Assembly: GCA_002269645.1 (NCBI GenBank)
Contig: NIVC01001448.1
Coordinates: forward strand, 156,602-220,601
Length of the DNA: 64,000 nt
Direction of reading: 5' to 3'
Source: Macrostomum lignano
Taxonomy: Eukaryota
The position numbers and the translations under genes are program-made. This document shows, one piece after another, positions 23,813 to 34,373 of this stretch. The notes under the pieces are model-generated. The model did not search any database, was not told the origin of the DNA, and saw only the letters and a program-made list of their open reading frames with translations. Position 1 is the first letter of the stretch, and each line of letters begins with the position of its first letter.

Positions 23813-24844
23813 TTTGCACACCTGGACTGGATAACTGGAACTTGGAGCCAAAAACCTTTAAAGCCAAGAACAGTAAAATCTTACTGAAAATACCTTTTGG
23901 AAACTATTTTTTAAGTTGCTAAGAGTTTTGTTTGAAAAATTTTAATTTGAAAGTTGGTTTGACCATTGCAGCCAATTAATATATTACTGAGCTTGTTAAT
24001 TAAAATAACGTTTTTATTATGAACTATATTCGAGTTTGTAAGAACTACGACCCACAAAAAAATACCATTGAGATACGAAGACTTGCGCTTTCATACGGGT
24101 TTTTTTTAGTTTTTTTTTGTACATCATAAATTTTAGGGGTGTATTTTAAACAAAATCACTACAATTCTATTTGCTCTCGTTGCTAACATGTTTTTCATGT
24201 GGCTAGAAGAAAAAATTAACAGTTACAAATAAAAATTGTGACAGCAAATACCGAGACAAGTAAGTAGTAAAAACGAGTAATTAAGCAAATTTGTTTAACT
24301 AGAGGCATCTGTTTCGATGTATTTTGGTTTATTGATTAAAAACAATCCTCGATAGTTACTACTTGAATCATTAAAGGCTGCAGAAGTAATAATGGAAGAA
24401 CATAGCTCTTCTACGAGCATATTTAGGTTTGTCACGATATAGGATGTACATTGTACAAGGTACTGAGTTGCGGTTTTGTTATAATGAGATTAAAAACACC
24501 TAAATCTATCGAACGCTACACATTGTTTGTATCACAACAAAATTTGGATTGCAATGACAACAAAAAGACGTAAGTTTTTGCCCTTTTTAGGATTTTCTAA
24601 AATATCGAGCTATTGAATTGAGTCAGTACACTCGTACTGGATCGTTATAAATCTTTTTATGCTCGCTGATGATGGCCTGAAGGGGATACCAACAATGGAT
24701 AATTAGTCAAGAACTGAAAAACAGTGTAAAGCTGCACTTTTGCTGTCGACGGATTCCTCTGTTGGACCGTTGTAAAATAATCGAAAATTCTATCTCTCTA
24801 CGTCCCATTAGACCCAAGTGAGCAGGGGGACATCCTACAATTAA

Positions 24845-24955
24845 ATACACTACGGAGCTAGATAGGTACTTTTTCAGCACAAAAAATGTTATTGCTTTCG
24901 ATAGGAAGCAGACTCAAATGTTCAGCTTTTAATATGCTGTGCCTTCCTTATAGCT
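24845..24955. repeat. Dispersed repeat, second copy at 31885-32000
   Basis: AATACACTACGGAG..TTTTTCAGCAC..ATTGCTTTC.ATAGGA.GCAGAC.CAA..TGTGCCTT.CTTATAGCT is present in both places. Confidence 0.75.
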
Positions 24956-26108
24956 CAATTGATATTCATAAAGCTTTTCGTTCAAAAAATAAGGATTCTA
25001 TGTTAATTTCTAATTATTTTACGTACAATTGCTCATGTCCTGTCTAAAAACCATTGAAATGAGACGGCTCAGCTCATTGGTTTTATGAGTCTATTTTGTC
25101 ATTCCTACATGTGGCTGACTGCGTAACAATATGTGTAACAGAGATGATAAAATCGATTCATAAAACCAAATATTCCAGCTTTGACACCATGCATTTTTAT
25201 GATTTCTATGTACAGGAAATTAACGTAGGATAAAAAATTAACATAGAATCATAATTTTCCGAACGAAAAGCTTTATGAATATCAAAAGAGCAATAAGAAT
25301 AAAGGCGCAAAAATGAGCGCCTGTGGAGCTAAAATGAGCGAAAAATGCACATGTAGGAATTTTGTAATGCATATACACGTACATGTAGGATTCTTGGCTT
25401 TGTCCCTCCACCATAAAATCCATTAGCGACGCGCCAGACCATGGCAGAATGTCAAACTCAATCGTCAATGCGTCTGATGGCAGATCAACGACCCGAGAAT
25501 GCTAATTTGTCATAAGATTACCATTTAATTCATACATGTATTAGCATTTATCGATCATATATCACTTGTGGCATTTTTTGTATTGAAAGTAAGAATCCTG
25601 GATTAAAGCTTTATCTGTTTTCCCTGGTTCCGGTCGTATTTAACAGTATTTAAATTACAAGAAACTAATTTAAAGCCAGGTAAATTTCTCCAATGTTTCT
25701 CTGCAAAGCAGCGCTACAACGAAAAACTGCCTAAAATTAACCGAAATCGATTTCACTAATGCAATCAAACTACTTCTTATTAGCATATTAGTACATGTAC
25801 ACATTCATCATGTTTAATAATTCAACATTCTCTGTAACGTTGCAACTCTATTTTTTCCACTTAAATTCGTACAAATTCAAATATTCAACGCAACGAGGCG
25901 CATAACAAAGCAACTTCTCGAATTGAAGCCGATAAAAATCTAAACACTCGTAACTACGGAAACTGTACAGCTATCTAAATTAATTTGAAGCAGATGACGA
26001 CAAGAGAAACTGTTGAATCAGGCAACAAACCAGTGGCTTTCACCAGCTTTGCGTCTCAAGAAGTCGGCCAGATCTGCTGGCAAAGTCTGTCTTGAAGGCC
26101 CTGAGCGG

Positions 26109-28029
26109 CTACATCAGCGAGCACTTGGATCCAGAAGACAGTTTGGCCAGAAAATCGTGCTCCAGCAGCTCCTTCGCCGGCACCCTCTCGCCGACGTTTC
26201 TCTCCGTGCAGCACCCGTAGAATCGCCGCAGATCCCTCGAGCAGCCATCGGGCAGAGGCGGCGCGCCGCTCGTCTGCAGCAGCTCCGGCAGCGTCCAGGA
26301 GTTCCTGCGGTCGGGAAACGGCCGCCTGCCCGAAGCCATCTGGTAGACTGAGCAGCCGAACGCCCAGATGTCGGAGGCTGGGCTGCAACGCTGCTCAGGG
26401 TCGAGCAGCTCCGGTGTCATGAAGCGAAATGAGAGTCTGGGAGCGGCTTCTGCGGCGGCTGATGAGGCGGAGCCGACAGCCTCCAGCAGCCTGGATGACA
26501 ATCCGAAGCCAATCAGCTTGACGTGCACGTTGTCGGCCAGCACCATGATGTGACTGCAGTCGATTGCGCCGTGGACCACCGGTGGCTCTCGGCTGTGCAA
26601 GTAGAGCAGAGCCCTGCAGATCTGGATACAAGTGGGTGCTGGTTGGAGGTGGGTAAGGTTGCATGTTCTATATTAGAGGTAGGGCGCACTTCGAGTAAGC
26701 GACATTGTCACAACACAACCGGCGAGAGGCATTACAGTCATACGCACAGGCACACACTCACAGGTATGTACAGCGGCCCTGACTTTATTTATCGCTAGGC
26801 ATGTACACCTCACTTAGCCTTGGGGGTTGGCCCTCAAGGCCGTTAATTGCACGAGCAGTGCAAAGCCGAGATTTTAGTTTAGCCTTAAAGTAATGTGACT
26901 GCAAAAGGAATCGAGCTTGGGCCGCTGGTACATCAGAGCGCCGCGCTAGATCACTGGGCTACGGCCTCTTCTCAGGTGCAGATGAGTGCAGTTGAGTTGC
27001 GGTTTTAATTTTCAATTCAAAACAGCTCCATGTACTGCTCAAGCTCTTACCTGCTTGCAATAAGAGGCTTCTCATGAGGCTTCTCATCAATAAACGCCTC
27101 CAGGGTGCGGCCGTCCAGCAGCTCCAGAATCTGAGCTAGATGCAACATTTTCACAATGTTCTTGTGCCGCAGGTGAAGCAAGGGTGACTGAGCAGACCCA
27201 AGTCAAGATTTAAGTTTAGCCCCTGACTTGCACTTGGAATCGACCCTGAGCCGCTGGTACATCATGATAAAATTCAGCAGTTCAAATTGGGTCAAAGCAA
27301 ATTAAAGGGATAAACTTAAACCGCTGAACGCGTCTGATTCTTGCGCCATGATCCCGGGTCGATTATTAGAAAGTCTGTGTTGCTGTACACCCTGTGTGAG
27401 TGTGTGTATGAGTGCCGTGCCTGCGGACAGCATTGACGCGCTTGGTTGTGCTCAGGAGTCAGTGGAGGCTTTTTCGTTGTCCCTGACGATGTCCAGCGCG
27501 GTCCGGCCCCTGCTGTTTGTGAGGCTCCAGTCCGCGCCAGCAGCCAGGCAGAATCCCAGCAATTCGACTGCAGCCAGCCGTCTGTCCGCCAGCTGCATGA
27601 GGGCCGTGCATTCGGTTTTAGGACTTCTTGCGTTGGCGGAGGCTCCCGTATCCAGCTGCATAGTGCACCAGACTGCCTTCTTTGATGCTGACCATTACAG
27701 TGGGGTCTCCCAGATTCAGAAGTAGCTTCTAAGCCTGTATGTCAATTGGAGCATCGCTCTGTGCTGCAGAGAACAGCAGGGTACGACCCATTAGATTGGA
27801 AATGTTGCAGTTGAATCGAGATACCGCCTTCCTCAGACCAGCCAAATCTCCTTCGTCTAACAGTCGCTTCAACTCGAGCAACTCATTGGTTTCCTAAATG
27901 AAGAAAAAGTATTACGCATAGCACAACTGTGTAGCAGAATTTCCAATGCTTTTACAGCACTGGCTGGAGCCACTTACCGAATTTGGGAGTACCAAACATC
28001 CTTCGACAGTATTGATCAGTCGGTTTTCG
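26109..28029 (-). pseudogene. Ankyrin-repeat + protein-kinase-fold gene, disrupted
   Basis: Exons ~28029-27978; 27893-~27430 (ANK: GRTLLFSAA, LVHYAA, AAGADWSLTNSRGRTALD; premature TAG at 27731-27729 and a frameshift); ~27190-27051 (LRHKNIV..LELLDGRTL; frameshift before YCKQ); 26621-26109 (ICRALLYLH..VHGAIDCSHI..KLIGFG..FMTPE..SDIWAFGC..ELLEHDFL). Confidence 0.8.
26746..26966 (-). mobile_element. tRNA-derived SINE, family B, in kinase-gene intron (further fragments ~27195-27262, ~27383-27420, ~44053-44095)
   Basis: The reverse complement begins GGCCGTAGCCCAGTGATCTAGCGCGGCGCTCTGATGTACCAGCGGCCCAAGCTCGATTC (A-box and B-box-like); homologous to 8079-8321. Confidence 0.78.
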
Positions 28030-28244
28030 CTGCAGGTTTGAAACAGGAAAGCTAAAGCCAGTCAGAGTAGTGGCGTAAACAGAAAGGGTACAGGGGCAGC
28101 CTCATCATTGCCACCACAACAACTCTGCGCTACTTTAAAAACTAAATGAAAGAGATAACTAAACTGAAACAATGCAGGAACTCAACTTTTGCCACATCTT
28201 TGACATGGCATCCACCTATCCAGGAGATTATGGGTATGGGCGGC

Positions 28245-28935
28245 AACCAAGAGACAGGGGCACCCACAAAGAGACAGGGGCACCCACCAAGAGACAGGGG
28301 CACCCACCAAGAGACAGGGGCGCCCACAAAAAGACAGGGGCGCCCACCAAGAGACAGGGTCACCCACAAAAAGACAGGGGCGCCCACAAAGAGACAGGGG
28401 CGCCCACCAAGAGACAGGGGCGCCCACCAAGAGACTCTCCCAGATAGCAAGCATCCCCCAGATAACAAGCATCCTCCCAGATAGCAAGCATTCCCCAGAT
28501 AGCAAGCATCCTTCCAGATAGCAAGCATCCTCCCAGATAGCAAGCATCCCCCAGATAGCAAGCATCCTTCCAGATAGCAAGCATCCTCCCAGATAGCAAG
28601 CATCCCCCAGATAGCAAGCATCCTTCCAGATAGCAAGCATCCCCCAGATAGCAAGCATCTTTCCAGATGTTTGCTATGAATCTCTTTTTTACTAACATTA
28701 ACAAAGACGACAAAATAAAGCTTTCTCAAAGATAGCAGACATTCCCCTAAATAGAAAATATCCCCAAGACAGCAAGCATCCCCCAGATAGCAAGCATCCC
28801 CCAAATAGCAAGCACCCCCCCCTCCAAGAGTAATCAACCGCAGATAGCAAGTATCCCCCCTCCAAGAGTAATCAACCGCAGATAGCAAGCATCCCCTCAG
28901 ATAGCAAGCATCCACCAGACAGCAAGCAGCTAATG
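28245..28935. repeat. Compound minisatellite: 20-bp GAGACAGGGGCGCCCACCAA (28245-28435) plus 18-19-bp CAGATAGCAAGCATCCCC (28437-28935)
   Basis: Direct periodicity. Confidence 0.95.
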
Positions 28936-29400
28936 CAAATATTTTCTCAGCTAATGCAATAATCGCTTTTTCAGGTTGTGCAATAAAGCATGTCTCATCT
29001 AGTGCAATGATCATTTACTCATCAAGTGCAATAATCCTTAGTTTTAGTGTAGTGATCCGCTAGTTGATGTTAAGCGTCCCACTTTGTCAGCAGTCTCCCT
29101 CGCCCTCGCCCTGGGTTGCTGTCTGCCGCTGGTCAGCTTCCCACCCCCCTTGGCCCGTCTGTTGCTCCCCTTGGCCTGTTCTGCCCTTCTGCGTCTCTGT
29201 TCTCAGCCCTCAGCTTCTCTGCTGTGGGCTGTCTCTGTTTCGTTCCCGTCCCGTTTTCCTCTGTCATGTGAGCAAGTCACATGACAGACTCTGCGTTCTT
29301 CGAGTCCTAAAGTGCAGTAAACATGTTTACTGCACTCGTTGGCCCTGTTTACCGGGAGAATCACGTGCTTTCGGACCCCTCCCTTCTCTAAGGAGAGGAG

Positions 29401-29604
29401 TGACTCATGTTGCTAAAAATAGCAACTGAGTCACAGCCGCGTGTACTCTGGCCGGAGACCTCAAGTGACGTCAGTTCTAAAAATAGAACGAGTCACGAGG
29501 TCTTGCGCGCACTGAGACCCTGCCTCGAGATCTCAAGTGACGTCAGTTCTAAAAATAGAACAAGTCACGAGGTCTTGTGCGTGGGTGTTTCCCGGCTATA
29601 AATA
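29401..29604 (+). promoter_or_regulatory. LTR U3 enhancer/promoter: AP-1, CRE and MEF2 consensus sites, TATA box
   Basis: TGACTCA 29401, CTAAAAATAG 29413, TGAGTCA 29427; TGACGTCA 29466 + CTAAAAATAG 29477; TGACGTCA 29538 + CTAAAAATAG 29549; TATAAATA 29597. Repeated at 30158, 30169 and 30217. Confidence 0.7.
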
Positions 29605-30042
29605 GGACCCCTCTCCCCTTGTTTCTGTCAAGGATGTGGCTTCTTATCTGCGAAGAATTCACTAAGATCCCGTGTGCGTCAGTGTCTAACTAAGTGCCCT
29701 TTGCGTACTGAATCCGTTTGTACTGGTCTGACTGAGACCCCACTAAAGCCCAAGCCTAAGGGAGGCTAACACTGCCTTCCCAGCCACCCCTGAGCCCGGC
29801 GGGGATCTGCTGATCAGGACGCCTTGTTCGTTAATCTGCAAATCTGCACGCTGTGCTGAGTTCGTTGACTTGTTTATTTCGTTCCGACGGGAAGCTCACC
29901 TCATCGAAGGCCGAGACCTGAAGGAACTGGTGGCAGCACTACCTACGCTACTGAGAGTTGAGAGAACTTCCCACTAAACAGGCTCGAGTCATAAGGTAAT
30001 CCGCAAGGGCCTAATCCGGGAAGCAAACAGCCTGTACTTCAC

Positions 30043-30062
30043 TGGTGGCAGCGGTGGGATTC
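30043..30062 (+). other. Primer-binding site complementary to the 3' end of tRNA-Leu (second copy 30668-30687)
   Basis: The reverse complement GAATCCCACCGCTGCCACCA is the conserved eukaryotic tRNA-Leu 3' end plus CCA. Confidence 0.85.
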
Positions 30063-31311
30063 AAAGACCTACCAGGCCACCCCGAGAAACCCCATACTAT
30101 TTCACTGGTAAGTCACGAGGTCTTCCGCGCGCTTGTACCCTGCCTGAGACTCTCGAGTGACGTCAGTTCTAAAAATAGAACAAGTCACGAGGTCTGGAGC
30201 GTGGGAATTTCCCGGCTATAAATAGGAGCCCTCTCCCCCTTGTTTCCGTCAAGGAGTCTTCCTTCTGTTCAACCTCGAGTTCTACGTCCGCGTGTGACTA
30301 AGTCCCGAGTGTCCGAGTCTTTGCGCACATTGATTCTGTTCCTATTGCTCCGACTGAGACCCGACCAAACCAACCCAAGTCTACGAGAGGCTAACTCAGC
30401 CCTCCCTGTACCATCCTAGCCCGGCAGGTACTGCTGACGAGACGCCTTATACGTTGAGCTGCAAATCTGCACGTCGTGCTGTGTTCGTTGACTTCATTAT
30501 TTCGTTCCGACGGGAAGCTCACCTCACCGAAGGCCGAGACCTGAAGGAACTGGTGGCAGCACTACCTACGCTACTGAGAGAGTTGAGAGAACTTCCCACT
30601 GAAGAGGCCCGAGTCTGAAGGTAATCCGCAAGGGCCTAAACCGGGAAGAAACCCCAATGTACTTCACTGGTGGCAGCGGTGGGATTCAAAGACCTACCAG
30701 GCCACCCAGGCCACTTCATTAGCAAGGCAAGAATTACTGCACTTGAAAAACCAAGGTAACTAAGGTAATGCCTTGCTAAAACTACCTGCACTAGATAGGA
30801 CGACATAGTCAGACCAATTTTTTAGTGAGGCTTTTATCCACAGTGAACTGGTTAGGTTACTGGGATACAGAGACACATACTTGTCGGACACGTGCACATT
30901 TGTTAAGTTAAACCTAGTTCGATGTAACTGAATAGTGTTTTTATTTGTGCCCAACAAGCAATTAATATGGAAGTGGGAGTTTGTAAGAGTCTCTTTTCCG
31001 TGTCAAAAATTTGTAACGATTTACAGGAAGACAAGTTTCAGTGGATCTGGATGAAAGACACGTTTAAGGTTGCGACGAAAGAAGACGCCCCAAATATTTG
31101 ATTAGAAAATTTCGGCTGTGCTGAAATTGTAGTTGTAGTTGACAATCTATTAAAGTAGATATCTTTCATTGGGTTGAAAAATCGCAAATTTTATAGACTG
31201 ATATGGCTACTGCTAGTAGTAGCCGTTTATCAGAATTAAACTCTGAGGTGTATATAAAGAGAGGTAGAAGATGAAGCAATTTCTTCTCGAGAAACGCCAG
31301 AACCAGCAGCA

Positions 31312-32542
31312 ATGCTCCACAGCCGCTTTTTCATGCTCATCGCCTGCTCGGCAGTCCTGTTGACCTGCGCGGTCTGGGGCAGAGTGCTCCGAGTTTCCTA
31401 CATTGGCTGCTTTGTTGACGATCGTGACAGGGATCTGAATGGGCTGGCAGACATCACTGCAATCGGTGCTGAATCCGTAGGAAAAAAATTTACGAAAAAT
31501 TCGGGCATGACTATCGAGTTTTGCGGTGACTTCTGCTCTCTTGGGGGCTTTACTTACTTTGGACTGCAGAACCAACAATATTGCCTCTGCGGCTGGTCCT
31601 ACGGTCGTCACGGAAAGTCCACTGAAACTGATTGCAACCATCCTTGCTCGGGAAACTCGAGTCAGATGTGCGGAGGAGTTTGGCTTAACTCGGTGTTCTC
31701 TCTGACCTACCCAAGTAAGCTTGGCGTTGAGAACAGACTTTTTACCTTTAGTCTTTAGTCTGCGCGTAAAAGTGTTTTAGCTTGCGGCCAAACAGGGAAA
31801 CATATACACTAAGGACTACTAAAATAGAAGGACGCAACACTTGAAATCTATGGAAAAAGTTTTGAAGGCCAATTTTCGCAGAAAAATACACTACGGAGAT
31901 AGGAAGTTTCCATTTTTTCAGCACATAAATTGTCATTGCTTTCAATAGGAGGCAGACCCAATGTTGATCATCTTTTGATATGTTGTGCCTTTCTTATAGC
32001 TTTATTGCGCGGCGCATCTAAAGGCTGCGTACGGCAGTTCAGTCCAAGGACTGGGGGGTCGCCACACACATCCTCCAATTACCCCAGCTTAATGCTTGGC
32101 AACCTATTTTACAGCTGGGTGAACTGGAGTTAAGTGTCGTGCTCAAGGACACAAATTGTTCCGAATAGGTCGAGAATCGAACCCCCCAACCTTTCAGTCG
32201 GGAGTCAGACGCTATAACCACTAGACTACAACCCCTATCTATACAATCTATACAAGTTACAACAACTATATCATTAATTTTCTATTGTCTTCCAATTAAA
32301 CTTCAGAGATGAGCTGCTTCAAGCAGTCGAAGATGCCTAACCTCACGGTCTCGTCAACCCTGCCGACCTCCTGGAGCCTCGCTGCCCAAACAGCTCTGGA
32401 CTGCCTGATCCTGTGCGAGGCCTCAGCTGACTGCCAGGCTGTGATTTTCTCTGGCCAGCAGCGCCTGTGCCACCTGCTGAGGTTCACCTACCCGCCTGCC
32501 AGTCTGAGCAGCACCGATGGAGACTACTTCGTGCGTGGATGA
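31312..32542 (+). CDS. Secreted WSC-domain + PAN/apple-like protein (paralogue 2), 2 exons
   Basis: Exons 31312-31714 and 32307-32542; phase-1 intron after ..LTYP, the same position as in paralogue 1. Signal peptide MLHSRFFMLIACSAVLLTCAVWG; complete WSC Cys pattern; CLILCEASADCQAVIFSGQQRLCHL. Confidence 0.88.
32003..32234 (-). mobile_element. tRNA-derived SINE, family A, full copy inside the WSC paralogue-2 intron
   Basis: The reverse complement starts GGGGTTGTAGTCTAGTGGTTATAGCG..GGTTCGATTC, then GTGTCCTTGAGCACGACACTTAACTCC..CACCCAGCTGTAAAATAGG; matches 17493-17690. Confidence 0.85.
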
Positions 32543-33302
32543 TTTTACCTCTACTACCTTGATTCAGCGATTGGCATCAATTATGAAGACTAATTTCATA
32601 GACAAACTGAAAACAACTCTTAACATACTGTGGCTATACTTAATGAATAATTTTATTTTAGAAGGAAAAATAAGCTTTTCAAATAATACATTTATGATCA
32701 GTTGATTTCGCAGTTAATTTTGAATGGCTCTGAATAGCCGTACTGGGCCCCTACTAATTGAAATTTCAGACTTTCATTCGAATATTGTTCGATACTTTGA
32801 GCTCAAAATGCTGGACTGAAATGAATGTCAGACATTCGCAGTGAGATTTTGTGCGGATTTCTCAATCGATGACGCTAAGGGGCCGGCTTCACAAAGGAAA
32901 TACAAGTGACAAGTGACGTTTTTTCCTAACTTTCAAGACGGGCGTCTCTTGGGGCCATAGACAAAACAATTTCGTATTTTTCGAAGCCATAAAACAGTTT
33001 TTAGGCTGTCTATGGCCTTGGTTGAAGTACGAGGACTCGGTATATGACAGGAATAGGACAACTAGTTTGGCCATAGACAGCGCTGCAATGGTTGTCCTCC
33101 TTCTCAGCTAGGACACAGTTGGTTGCTCAAAACTCTGAAGCCGAAATTATTGTCACTTGTCAGTGGCTGCAATAAAATACAAGATGCATTGAAGAGAACC
33201 TGCAGCATCTGCTGTTTGCGCAGCTTAATTTCGTTTGCTAGTGGGAATGGCTGTAAGCATACGTGCAGGCAAGAAATGTTTTAGTTCTAACAATGCTGCA
33301 AA

Positions 33303-33481
33303 CAGGGACTACTCAAACACCGGGACGGGAAACTAGGAATTTTTTACGAGGCTGGTCTTTTATCAGCAGTAGAAAATAACCATAGACAACAAAGTAACAC
33401 AGCATCTCTCTAATGCAAATAATTGCCAGCCAGCCTCGTAAAAAAATTTAGTTTCCCGTCCCGGTGTTTGAGTAGTCCCTG
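33303..33481. mobile_element. hAT-type MITE, 179 bp
   Basis: ~52-bp TIRs beginning CAGGGACTACTCAAACACCGGGACGGGAAACTA; perfect 8-bp TSD GCTGCAAA at 33295-33302 and 33482-33489. Confidence 0.92.
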
Positions 33482-34373
33482 GCTGCAAACAATTCATGGT
33501 TGCCATCCATTTTAGACAAGTTCTGGAAAGGCAGAAGTTTCCTATTTTCTTCAAAAGTGTCCATCGATTTATTATTCATAAGAGCGCATTGTGTAGAAAC
33601 TCTGGCGGGAAGAGATGTGCTGGCTCATTAGCCTAACTACTGTTTGCATAGTTCTCAATATGCTCAGCCATTCCACATTTAGCTCTCAACCTACACCCAG
33701 GTTGGGTGGCCATCCAGCTTAGTGGCAGTTGGCATAGCTGTCTCACTACGTCTTCTTGTCTGCCAATCAGTTAAATTAACCTGCAGACAATGGTATAGAT
33801 TGTGTCTATGGTGACTGCTAACTGACTGACTGACTGACTGACTGACTGACTGACTGACTGACTGACTGACTGACTGACTGACTGACTGACTGACTGACTG
33901 ACTGACTGACTGACTGACTGACTGACTGACTGACTGACTGACTGACTGACTGACTGACTGACAGTGCTGGGCGTTAACTAGTTAATTGTTTAACTAGTTA
34001 ATTAACTAGTTAAATTTTTTTAAAAATCGTTAAATTTTCGTTAAATTTTTTATGTATTAACTAGTTAACAAAAATCGTTAATTTTTTTCTGTAAGTTAAA
34101 GTTAAATGACAAAAGTTAATAATTCCGGGAAATAGAGTTCCCCGGGTTCAAAATCCGCGGGTTTCAACAGCTTGTATGCCATTAAAAAGTAAAATTAATA
34201 CATACATAAAATAACTTCGCCTTTCTAAGCATTATTTAACGCGTCACAAACTATTACATGTATATATTTCAGTTACAAGTTATAATGTATAGAATATTCC
34301 GGAAGATTCTGGAATCTTCAACTATTATCTATTGATATTCTACCCAAGGACTACTAGAAGTTATCGTTGTACA

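Larger units (their letters stand above)
29068..30710 (+). mobile_element. LTR-retrotransposon remnant: ~970-bp LTR + PBS, then a diverged partial LTR + PBS; no gag/pol
   Basis: TG.. start (~29068, approximate), ..CTTCA ends at 30041 and 30666, each followed after 1 nt by TGGTGGCAGCGGTGGGATTC. The second unit (30109-30710) parallels 29490-30085 at an offset of ~620 bp. Confidence 0.82.

Noticed and set aside
30711-31260. gag ORF after the second PBS
   Set aside because: No open frame or gag/protease motif follows, and the sequence becomes AT-rich host-like DNA.
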